DNA from: a virus
Taxonomy: Duplodnaviria > Caudoviricetes
Direction: 5' to 3' (one strand)
DNA: 64,000 nucleotides
IMG/VR virus record: IMGVR_UViG_3300033068_001989
Location: 32,001 to 96,000 of that record
Each line of letters opens with the position of its first letter. The first letter of the stretch is position 1. The position numbers and the translations under genes are program-made. This document shows positions 40,301 through 48,265 of this stretch, one piece after another. The notes under the pieces are model-generated. The model searched no databases. It worked only from the letters and a program-made list of their open reading frames with translations, and had not been told where the DNA came from.

Positions 40301-42142
40301 AGCACTTCCAGTACCACCAGGAAAGGTAACATCAAGTGAATATGAATTGTTATATGAACTAGGTGTCTGTATATAATTAGGATTTGGTCTTACGTTAAAA
40401 TTTCTAAGATCCTCTATAAATCCAAAATCTGGATTTGGGAAAAATTCAAAATCATACCCTATGTTTATATCAGATCTAATCATCTGATCAGTCCATGACT
40501 TGGTGTTCTGGATCATAAAATAAACACCCTCACCGGTTATGTCTATTATTCTTGCATTTAATGGAAGATAATCTCTCTTAAGTCTTTCCTTTAATGCAAA
40601 TATCTTTATAAGAACCTCCTCTTGTGTAAACTTAAATGCATCAACAACTACTGGATATCCATATTCATCAGTGTCATCAGTAACCTTATTCAAATCATAA
40701 TAAAGACCAAATAATGATGTTTTCTTTATCGATTTACTAGGAAGCTGTGAATTTTCGGATGTTACGTTAAGAACATAATTTCCCTTATTATCAGGTCCGT
40801 ATGTCTGTGTAAGTTTATATTTTCCAGAATTCTCATTATCTAAAACATCACCAATATTATAAGACTGTGAATATCCATTGGCAGCTTGCTGTGTTTTTAT
40901 TTTATTAAGGAATGTCTGATTTTGTTGTAATGGTGATTCTAATCTTAGATTTTTATAATTCAGATTAAGCCAATACTCCTTTATTCTCATATCTTGGTAC
41001 CCAAAGAACTTAAGTGCATTAATAAGTCCCTTGTAACTACCTATGTACGGAAATATATCATCACCAGCTATAAGTAGTTCTTTCCTTTTCTCGTTAATTT
41101 CAAGAAAATTAGGAACTGGTTCAGCTGGATCGTGATCCCTCAATATTATCGAATCCGAATTATAGAAGGATCTTCCGATATTTTCGAGTAAAACTTTAAA
41201 TCTTTCGTCCTCTGCTATAGTTTGACCATAGAAGTCGATTTCTATAACTTTTTGCGGTGTTCCTGTTGTTATATCCTCAACTATAAGTTTTCTCTCGTAA
41301 ACATTCTCAAGATCGTCAGAAGAGTTTAACGCAACGTTTATTGCTATTGCATCAGAAGTTACATTTTCACTGACAATAAACCCATGGTCATAATAATCAG
41401 TTACATCGGAATCAATAGGGATAAGTATATTAGGATAGCTAACTATTAATGGTTGACCGTCTCCTCCATCCAGCTGATTTTCTATAACATATGTAAATAT
41501 AATCTCAGATACATCCACATCCCCATAATTATCATTATACCATCTAGTTCTCCATTTCGCACCAGTAGAACCTATATTGGACGTATGTGGTAAACCATAT
41601 TCAGGACCACTATTGGTTATAAATTCTTGTACTATAAAAACCTGCTCATTCTCGTAAAGCCCAGTAGATATGGGATCGAAGTAAATATTACCTTTAAAAT
41701 AACCACCAGGTCTATTCTCATAGCTAGTTTCGAAATACACCTTTGTGTCATAGCTTATTATACTCTGACCAAGAAAATTACTTTTAGGAAGTGTAAGTGA
41801 GAAAGTTGAACCTATATTGTATACCAGAGATATTTTACCTTTAAAATTGGTATTAGCTGTTGGAATATAACCATTAAGATAAACTGTTGCACCCTTATCT
41901 ATGAAATCATTCACATCTATACACCAAGCATAAAGATTAGTACTAGTCGCATCCGAAATATTAAAGGTAAGGATATAATCATCATTAGATTCGGTCCATT
42001 CAAAATATCCGGGAGTGCTCGCAGAACTACCCATTATATACGAGGATTTGACATCAAGAGGGGTTGGCCCAGTTGGTCCTATATAATCGAAATTTAATGG
42101 ATTACCACTTTTATTGTAAAAATTGAGATTTAGATTTGCCAT
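37334..42142 (-). CDS. baseplate wedge-like protein (gp7/P2-gpI-like motif) with C-terminal mucin-like Thr tracts
   Basis: YIGSYKGLINALKFFGY..IKEYW motif; upstream neighbours are gp6 and gp25 homologs; C-terminal TTTTS repeats. Confidence 0.6.
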   Translation of the reverse strand: MANLNLNFYNKSGNPLNFDYIGPTGPTPLDVKSSYIMGSSASTPGYFEWTESNDDYILTFNISDATSTNLYAWCIDVNDFIDKGATVYLNGYIPTANTNFKGKISLVYNIGSTFSLTLPKSNFLGQSIISYDTKVYFETSYENRPGGYFKGNIYFDPISTGLYENEQVFIVQEFITNSGPEYGLPHTSNIGSTGAKWRTRWYNDNYGDVDVSEIIFTYVIENQLDGGDGQPLIVSYPNILIPIDSDVTDYYDHGFIVSENVTSDAIAINVALNSSDDLENVYERKLIVEDITTGTPQKVIEIDFYGQTIAEDERFKVLLENIGRSFYNSDSIILRDHDPAEPVPNFLEINEKRKELLIAGDDIFPYIGSYKGLINALKFFGYQDMRIKEYWLNLNYKNLRLESPLQQNQTFLNKIKTQQAANGYSQSYNIGDVLDNENSGKYKLTQTYGPDNKGNYVLNVTSENSQLPSKSIKKTSLFGLYYDLNKVTDDTDEYGYPVVVDAFKFTQEEVLIKIFALKERLKRDYLPLNARIIDITGEGVYFMIQNTKSWTDQMIRSDINIGYDFEFFPNPDFGFIEDLRNFNVRPNPNYIQTPSSYNNSYSLDVTFPGGTGSAVSFSGDIPYGITGDNPILKLEAGKTYTFNVNDPSGYGIDFSITSFSGFPGSPSQWENNVPTGIINNGATGGNSLEWYIAPETSGIIHYYSNYNPSLLSGTIEIIQSTISDLGNIINPLDSQQIYTPAQNDSLLSAIANFYDLKQNGKILELGDGRFDPPAYTDPVTGKIYNTPVGMPVILELTPDRWEWNELNINWDALLVPTYRPGDRVKVKSSGIFGTVTTVYYSSGEYDVALDDSTSGTFGENELFSTVQNYTMLNWKNVDFSNMMEIEWILNKSATQPGTPYHFEFRGSIVDYYKLAHFLPYTGEYQVICNTYDAFNAKTSVIKNASIFVDPKTVDIDSWTRYREVENYLWENVDREWKEYDSMWEYPAEGSTIDEVKKTIPSEILDFATYGNKADDGQDLYVRTTEPSVGAYGDITITQITLNVSSIESFEISGISGQYGYSVITTTLPHDLNDDDYVTITGSISQINGRWPATIIDSYSFNIPITLEFSWSGVLLQTTSPKKLYVDTSIYNSQKVLGGGSLSIYVNNRLIGYSQTGDSLYNTANEITSSVNSLRTYPDYFASCENPQADPVTITIYAPSELGADQNGIELRAEESGSIDLLSITPALTGGVNPIDYYVYWEEEMENYPNPNLKYWGTKRLNWEIFNESTWDDGYAHSWYDYEFNNDWLGGYELHSLLRFDNLSISTGNETYPFPETLVFYGVTGPFNNQLTLSSAAEQLNNGDPNITNFYYRVIPDDAGSLLTTTGPINVDIANIGLVNGPHYPPPSLIGGSGLLLAEFGYTGGAPVTTTTSTTTTSTTTTSTTTTSTTSTTTTTTLAPTTTTTTTTTFSPFDCSLPSGSAVVYVPPTTTTSTTTTSSTTTTTTINPYGSFTVTNNSGSLIAGTWTIFINSVPYNDYSTGYASIPNNTFVYLPMNNTFSVPSTGTFKIVFTPGSGINTSRQARLTAGSTVGPVNFTFNSPNYEAILNVTPGNAQYNYTITIT
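37691..37922 (-). repeat. coding low-complexity (T4S)n / poly-Thr mucin-like tracts
   Basis: TTTTSTTTTSTTTTSTTTTSTTSTTTTTTLAPTTTTTTTTT and PPTTTTSTTTTSSTTTTTT; mixed ACA/ACT/ACC/ACG codons with a 15-bp periodicity. Confidence 0.9.
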
Positions 42143-42148
42143 TTTAAA

Positions 42149-42679
42149 TTAGAAAACTCTTTTATTGTTTCTTTTAACTGTGTAATTAACGAAGTTTTTT
42201 ATTCCCTTCGTTGATTCTATTAACCCATAAACTACTCTTTCAAAATAGCTAAGGATTCCTTCTTTTATTGGATCCTTGTATATAATATTGGATAAACTTC
42301 TTCTAAGAATTTGGTCCTTATAATTAAATCCATTATACAAATTATCATTTTGTGAATCCCTAATATCATATAGGTTCTGATCCTGATCAAAATCATAATA
42401 TCTTCTCTCCACATTTTCTTTAGGCATATCCTTCATTATTTTCTTATAATCAGCGGAAGAAGAACACGGACCGAACATATATGAACCGTTAGCATTTGTT
42501 GTAATAGCTCGATATCCAGAGCATCCTATATTATAAGCACGATTAGTAGCAAGTTCTATTGTCGTATATAGATCTTTCGAATTATAGAAGGTAGTATTGG
42601 TTGTTTTTGGTGTTACTGTTTTAACCGTATAATTAACACTAAGATCCTGATCTGGAAAAAAAGGTGAATATGATTGCAT
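42149..42679 (-). CDS. hypothetical baseplate-cluster protein
   Basis: 176-aa ORF tightly packed between the baseplate genes. Confidence 0.6.
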   Translation of the reverse strand: MQSYSPFFPDQDLSVNYTVKTVTPKTTNTTFYNSKDLYTTIELATNRAYNIGCSGYRAITTNANGSYMFGPCSSSADYKKIMKDMPKENVERRYYDFDQDQNLYDIRDSQNDNLYNGFNYKDQILRRSLSNIIYKDPIKEGILSYFERVVYGLIESTKGIKNFVNYTVKRNNKRVF

Positions 42680-42684
42680 TATTG

Positions 42685-44409
42685 TTATTTATTTTGTGCT
42701 GCTAGTTGACTTTTAAGCTCCATCGTTAAACCACTTCTAAAATTTTTAGGTACTATAGAAGAAACTGTTACATTTAGAGGACCTGGTTTACCTGCTACTA
42801 TACTATCAGTAAAGAATGTTCCATTTCTATCAGACCATCCACCTCTAAGTATAACTAGCTCGTTTCTTCCTATTAATATATCACCAAAACTATCCATTCC
42901 TATAACCTCAGAGTATTGCGCATCACTAACATTAGGGAGATTCTTAATCAATAATTGATTTTCCTCATTTTTTTGCCCGATAAAAAATAAAGAAACCGAA
43001 TCAACGCCCTCTATTCCTTCAACTATTGCTATAAGATCGGATTTTGGGATTTTGTCTCTTCTTTTATTACCTAACATGTAATCAGAAAATCTTTTTCTGA
43101 TTGCTTGTTTTATAGTCTCAGGATCATTACCCTCGAATATAGATACCACTACATTAACAACATATTTAGCTATAATAGGTTCGACTATCTTAACAACAGT
43201 AGTAGCTATCATCGATCCTGAATCCTGTATAAGATTTATTATTTTTGTTTTTTGTTGTGTGGTTAAAAGAAAATCTGCATCGGGAACACTAAAATAATCC
43301 TCATTTGTTGTTAGATTTAGAGTTATATCTGGCACCAAATAAAGATATACTATATTATCGTCGTCTAAATAATCATCATCGAAAGTTGAAAATGCTTGTA
43401 TCTGTGAGAATACACCAAATTTACTTAGAAATATTTCATAATTTTCAGGATTTGCAAATACAAAAGATCTACTCGTCTTCGGAGCAACCAATCTTATAAG
43501 AGCTATACTTTCAGGGTTCGTACCGAATGTTGGATCAATATTATTTTTAATGTCTATATATAGGTTCAAATCAACCTCCCCACCAAAGAGATCAGTCCCT
43601 GTTGTTACAAATTTGTATGTAAGCGGGGTTTCTTTTGTTGAATTTGCATTACCACTTATACCACTGGTTTGTAAATATTCTATTCTTATAACAGATCCAC
43701 TAGGAGGAACCATACCAAAATTTGAATTACCAAAATAGAGGTCTATACCTTCCTGAATACCGCTTCTAACTAGATATCCCTTACCATTCAAGGGTATATC
43801 ATAAAGAGAATCATATCTTTTCCATTTTTCCTCATTTACATATACATCAATATAGAATTGGTCTATAAAAGCTCCAGATGTAGATGGAAGATTATAACTC
43901 TGTAGAGCTATACCAGTTCCAGTAACAACAGCGGTCTCGAAATTTCCCTGTACTAGCTTAGTAGCTAACGAATTTCCTCTTACTAATGGTATAGTAACTT
44001 CATTGCTTCCAAATCTAAGTGAATAAATCTTACCATTCTGTAAGCATCTTATCTGTGAATTATTCTTTATTATAACGGCACCTCCGGAAACATCACCTTC
44101 CCTAGTATTCCATGATATAGAAACCTCACCTTGAGCTGCTGATGCTCTCCCTGGATCATAACCTGCAATTCTAGCTAAGCTTCTTACCGAATAGTCTCTC
44201 GTTGCTTCCTGAATATTTAATTCAGTTATCGAATCCTCTATAAAATATAGTATAAGCTGGGAAAGATTTTGCAAAACGAAAAGTATCTGCCCCCATGCAG
44301 AAGCAACAGTAAAAACATTTGCTGTCTGATTATATGTAGTTTGAAGAAAAGAAAAGGTATCACCTAATAATCCATCAATAAGTATATTATTTTTTTTAAA
44401 TATATTCAT
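42685..44409 (-). CDS. baseplate wedge subunit, T4 gp6/baseplate-J-like
   Basis: ATRDYSVRSLARIAGYDP, YFGNSNFGMVPPSG..IRIEYLQTSGISGN, ESIALIRLVAP...NPENYE. Confidence 0.85.
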   Translation of the reverse strand: MNIFKKNNILIDGLLGDTFSFLQTTYNQTANVFTVASAWGQILFVLQNLSQLILYFIEDSITELNIQEATRDYSVRSLARIAGYDPGRASAAQGEVSISWNTREGDVSGGAVIIKNNSQIRCLQNGKIYSLRFGSNEVTIPLVRGNSLATKLVQGNFETAVVTGTGIALQSYNLPSTSGAFIDQFYIDVYVNEEKWKRYDSLYDIPLNGKGYLVRSGIQEGIDLYFGNSNFGMVPPSGSVIRIEYLQTSGISGNANSTKETPLTYKFVTTGTDLFGGEVDLNLYIDIKNNIDPTFGTNPESIALIRLVAPKTSRSFVFANPENYEIFLSKFGVFSQIQAFSTFDDDYLDDDNIVYLYLVPDITLNLTTNEDYFSVPDADFLLTTQQKTKIINLIQDSGSMIATTVVKIVEPIIAKYVVNVVVSIFEGNDPETIKQAIRKRFSDYMLGNKRRDKIPKSDLIAIVEGIEGVDSVSLFFIGQKNEENQLLIKNLPNVSDAQYSEVIGMDSFGDILIGRNELVILRGGWSDRNGTFFTDSIVAGKPGPLNVTVSSIVPKNFRSGLTMELKSQLAAQNK

Positions 44410-44418
44410 TTCTTTTTG

Positions 44419-44790
44419 TTATGTTAATTTTAGGGTAACTAATGGACTTAGTCCACCATCAGATTGTATATTAAAATCTAGTGTTGCTATATCTCTTTGA
44501 GTTCCAACATAAAATTTCAATTCATAGGTTCCACCTAATGCTGCAAAAAGAGGAACATAAACCTTAAGATTAAGATCAAGTTCCTTTTTTATGCTATATT
44601 CGGAAAGCTCTAAATTGAAAATAAGATCCTCTAAATTTAAACCAAATTTGGGATCACCTAATACTTCGCCCTTATTAGTAAGGAGAAGCATTTTAAGTTG
44701 ACCAGTACAGATCTCGATTGGATCTGATACCTCTAATTGATAAGGATTGTACTTTGGATCGTTCGGATCTCTATTATAAATTTCTCTCAT
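44419..44790 (-). CDS. baseplate wedge subunit gp25-like (sheath initiator)
   Basis: LKMLLLTNKGEVLGDPKFGLNLEDLIF is the gp25/GPW signature. Confidence 0.85.
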   Translation of the reverse strand: MREIYNRDPNDPKYNPYQLEVSDPIEICTGQLKMLLLTNKGEVLGDPKFGLNLEDLIFNLELSEYSIKKELDLNLKVYVPLFAALGGTYELKFYVGTQRDIATLDFNIQSDGGLSPLVTLKLT

Positions 44791-44809
44791 AGGGAATTTT
44801 AATTCCCTT

Positions 44810-44817
44810 TATATATC
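44810..44817 (-). promoter_or_regulatory. putative late promoter GATATATA abutting a start-codon hairpin
   Basis: Motif 19 nt upstream of ATG 44790; the spacer holds a perfect 8-bp inverted repeat. Confidence 0.6.
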
Positions 44818-44821
44818 GAGA

Positions 44822-45610
44822 TTAATTCCATTGTAAGAAATAGGACGGAGTATTTTCTCCATTGATCATATCCATGACCTCTTGGAGCTCGGTATTACCC
44901 TGTGTTCCTATCTCGGAAGCGTTTATAGTAACACCACCAGGAAGATTATAAGTGAACACGCTAAGCATCTGGGAAAGCGCTATTTTTGATTTAGCTATGC
45001 AATATCTCACAAAAAGTTCATCGTCGAAAAGATATTCATCAGGAATAGCTACGTGACATCTAACAGAAACGTCCATACCACCAACACCAAATCCCTGAGC
45101 AAGCTGACCGTTTTGTCCACCTTTCCCTGATCTATTTGGATCTCTACCTAGTATAGTTAATGCTTTTGTGTTTTTATTATACTTGTATGCAAATGTATTT
45201 AACATATATGCTTTTGCAAGATCGAAATATGAATACATAACGGTCCTATAAACCATATTATCTCCCATGAACGGGGAAAGTAATAATTCAGAACCAAGTA
45301 ATTTTGAATCTCCAAAATCTCTATCGGGTGTACCTGATATTCCAGACCCACCAAGTTCTCTAACCTCATATACTCCAATTATAGAAGGCGGAAGTACTAT
45401 TTGTCTAGTTCTTTTGAATTCAGGATGTGCAAATATGCTATTAGCTATAACAAAAACTCTATCTTCCACAGCATACTGATAATTATCATAAAACCAAGCC
45501 TTAGCTCTTTTTATGATTCTTTCCATCTCTGTTGCATTCAAGCTATACGGTAATGCGCAGCTAAAATTTAATGCATCTTCAATTTCTTGTACTAGTTCTT
45601 CTTGTGTCAT
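44822..45610 (-). CDS. neck protein, T4 gp13-like
   Basis: RIIKRAKAWFYDNY, LPPSIIGVYEV, FVRYCIAKSK, LPGGVTINASEI. Confidence 0.8.
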   Translation of the reverse strand: MTQEELVQEIEDALNFSCALPYSLNATEMERIIKRAKAWFYDNYQYAVEDRVFVIANSIFAHPEFKRTRQIVLPPSIIGVYEVRELGGSGISGTPDRDFGDSKLLGSELLLSPFMGDNMVYRTVMYSYFDLAKAYMLNTFAYKYNKNTKALTILGRDPNRSGKGGQNGQLAQGFGVGGMDVSVRCHVAIPDEYLFDDELFVRYCIAKSKIALSQMLSVFTYNLPGGVTINASEIGTQGNTELQEVMDMINGENTPSYFLQWN

Positions 45611-45625
45611 GTTATGATTTTATTT

Positions 45626-47032
45626 TTAGTAGTTCATATTTCCAAATTTAGAACCACCATATTGATCATTAAGATTCTTAAGTCTGCTATCAGTAACAAA
45701 TCTAACCATCCTAACATCCTCTGGAGCTTTTACTTTCATAGTTTCTTTGCTTACCTCAGAATTATCACCAAGTATTCCTCCTCTAAAAACACCACCAACT
45801 ATCTTACAGTTTATGTTTTTATTTTCACAATCTATAAAGCAATCTTTAAGTTCATTACTAAAATCAACTATAGTAGCCTTTACTTTGGAAGAGATTATTT
45901 TGGTACCACCGAAGATAAATGAATCCTCAACGCAAGATTTTTTTATGGAACAGTTATAAATGTTACAATCTCTAACTGTTGCATTTTTTATATCGCATAA
46001 TATAAGATCAACCCCGCTTATCTCGAATGCTCCTCTACTTCTAGCTTCTTTAACTTGACATCTACCAGTAGTTGTATCATAGTTAAAGTAACAAGAAGTT
46101 ATATTTCCATCTACAATAAGATCAAATATCTTATCTCTTATTGAAAAGAAGTACGTTTTAACATTCTCGTCCCATCCCTTAAGGTCTATAAAAATATGAA
46201 AGTCGGGATAGTTTCTAAAAAATATATCAGGATCACTAAAAGATCTAACAACCTTAGAATACTTATTCATCATTGTCTGAAGTGTAGCAAGATCCTGTTT
46301 GTTATATCCTGAGATTCTTCCGCTTAGTATATCATAAAGATAAAGAACTATATAATCTATTATCTCTCTTATATCTTTAATTTTTTTCTGATAATCTCTA
46401 TTACCAAGATATCTGAATTCTATATAACCCTTCGGTATTTTAGTAAAATTTACTCCATAGTATTTGTCCTCAGGTACTTTGTACATTTTAGGGTCTATGG
46501 TAGTGATGTTCTCTAGTATAGAGAATCTATTTCTAGGAAGTACTTTTTTAACAGATTTGGCATAGACGTTCTTTTCTCTTGATCCAAACTTAGAATATAT
46601 TAGGCCTTCGTCCAGGCCTAATACAAACTTAAGTTTATCTATTGTCTCAATTTTATTCTTTACGTCTCTTCTGTTTTTATCGAAGCTAACAGAAAACTGG
46701 AATGCACATCTATCATTAGTCCATCCGTTTTCATCTATCCATTTTAATATCTTTATTAAAATTGGAATTGCCTCCATATATGGAAGTGGTCCAGTAATTA
46801 ATTCAACCATCTTATTACCACCAGAATAATCAGGTTCTAATTTGAAGTTGTTTGAGTCTACTGGAGTTTTTGAGTGATATTTTTCAGAAACTACAACTTT
46901 TTTTTTGACAAGCTGGGATAATGCTTCGGCAGCCTTACCTTTTAAAAGGTCGGTATAAAATTCAAATTCAAATCCTATTACTGAGGAGCTGAGAGCATTA
47001 AGCTTATCAAAATGTGTTCTATTATCCGGCAT
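45626..47032 (-). CDS. putative amidoligase (COOH-NH2 ligase, Amidoligase_2-like) with C-terminal beta-helix-like repeats
   Basis: IGFEFEF, LEPDYS..ELITGP, TNDRC, KYYGVNF and IEFRYLG motifs; C-terminal (I/V)xx(C/S)xI repeats. Confidence 0.65.
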   Translation of the reverse strand: MPDNRTHFDKLNALSSSVIGFEFEFYTDLLKGKAAEALSQLVKKKVVVSEKYHSKTPVDSNNFKLEPDYSGGNKMVELITGPLPYMEAIPILIKILKWIDENGWTNDRCAFQFSVSFDKNRRDVKNKIETIDKLKFVLGLDEGLIYSKFGSREKNVYAKSVKKVLPRNRFSILENITTIDPKMYKVPEDKYYGVNFTKIPKGYIEFRYLGNRDYQKKIKDIREIIDYIVLYLYDILSGRISGYNKQDLATLQTMMNKYSKVVRSFSDPDIFFRNYPDFHIFIDLKGWDENVKTYFFSIRDKIFDLIVDGNITSCYFNYDTTTGRCQVKEARSRGAFEISGVDLILCDIKNATVRDCNIYNCSIKKSCVEDSFIFGGTKIISSKVKATIVDFSNELKDCFIDCENKNINCKIVGGVFRGGILGDNSEVSKETMKVKAPEDVRMVRFVTDSRLKNLNDQYGGSKFGNMNY

Positions 47033-48182
47033 CTACTACTTTAACGAATATTTTTCCCGAGATTGTTTCAACCTCGTAGGCAATAACAGTAACATCGTCT
47101 CCGACTCTTATATTATTTCCTTTCTTACCCAGTTTATCCTGAGGTATTAATGCTAAAAGTCCAAGACCCTGTATTTCTACTAAGGCACCATTCTTTCTTT
47201 TGTGTTTAACCTTTGCTTCCATAGGTTCAACAGTTCCTTCGTTTACTTGTGACTCAAGATCCTGTATAATGACATTTCTCTCCAATGGTTGGTCCAGAGT
47301 AAGTGTCAATCTATTATTATCCTTTATCTCCTTAACATAGAATTCAATTTCTATTCCAGGAGAAAGAGTACCTAAACTATTACCTTCGGCAAATTCAGTT
47401 TTATGTATAAGTCCAGTGTAAACATCATCCCATTCAACAAAAACCCCAAAATCGCTGGTTCCTGTAACATATCCCTTATATTTCTTAGTAAGATCAAGTT
47501 CTTGTATTTTAGAATCCATGATTCTGTTAAGATATTTCTTATATGAAACAATAAAGATATCTTTGGCTTCAACATATCCTTCAATCATAACGTGCATTTC
47601 CTTACCTATATAAGATTCGAAATCTGTTATTTTATTTGCAGCTGCTAATGATCCAGGCATAAAACATTTAATCCCTGACAATTCAGCAATATAACCACCT
47701 TTGTTGATACTAACAATCTTAACAAGATAAGCATTGCTTTCCTTCTTAATTTGTTCAAATAGCTCAGCTCTAAGGCTATGTATATAATATTCAATTATAG
47801 AACCAGAGTAGCTTCCATTCATTTTTCTAACTCTAGCCTTAAGTTCCTCGCCTGGATAAAAACCTATTCCTGTTATATTCAATTTCTCTGCATCTCTTCT
47901 TTCTCTTTTGAGATCGATGTAGATTGTTTGTCCAGAATCGGTTTGGGCTAAAGCTTCGTCAGCTTTAACACTTATGATTGTACACGTATAAACTCCTCCA
48001 TCAGAAAGATCCTTAGATCCTCCCTCAAACTTGTCATTACTTGCAAAATAAAGTTCCGCTAGCTCCTCAGCGTAAGGTTCATGGCAATATATTTTAGATC
48101 CTGCCGGGGATTTGACTTTAGAATTGATAGATAAACCATTAGGTATGTCCCATTCAAAATTTTCTAAGTAATCGAGATTCAT
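47022..48182 (-). CDS. ribosomal protein S1-like multi-S1-domain RNA-binding protein
   Basis: NKGGYIAELSGIKCFMPGS, IFIVSYKK and YKGYVTGTSDFGVFVE...GLIHKTEF S1/OB repeats (about 4 domains). Confidence 0.85.
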   Translation of the reverse strand: MNLDYLENFEWDIPNGLSINSKVKSPAGSKIYCHEPYAEELAELYFASNDKFEGGSKDLSDGGVYTCTIISVKADEALAQTDSGQTIYIDLKRERRDAEKLNITGIGFYPGEELKARVRKMNGSYSGSIIEYYIHSLRAELFEQIKKESNAYLVKIVSINKGGYIAELSGIKCFMPGSLAAANKITDFESYIGKEMHVMIEGYVEAKDIFIVSYKKYLNRIMDSKIQELDLTKKYKGYVTGTSDFGVFVEWDDVYTGLIHKTEFAEGNSLGTLSPGIEIEFYVKEIKDNNRLTLTLDQPLERNVIIQDLESQVNEGTVEPMEAKVKHKRKNGALVEIQGLGLLALIPQDKLGKKGNNIRVGDDVTVIAYEVETISGKIFVKVVDAG

Positions 48183-48218
48183 TTTTTTTAAGTTTTAGAT
48201 GATTATACTTTACTATTA

Positions 48219-48247
48219 ATTATACTATATATCACATCTTTAGTTCC
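48219..48247 (-). promoter_or_regulatory. nested promoter motifs upstream of the S1-like gene: GGAAC-N17-GTATAAT with GATATATA (48226-48233) in its spacer
   Basis: Minus strand GGAACtaaagatgtGATATATAGTATAAT. Confidence 0.55.
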
Positions 48248-48265
48248 TTTAAATTGCAGTATTTT

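Noticed and set aside
8951-42142. Diversity-generating retroelement or invertible fibre cassette
   Set aside because: No reverse transcriptase or recombinase in the window, and no adenine-variant template/variable repeat pair seen by eye; a self-alignment would be needed to exclude it fully.
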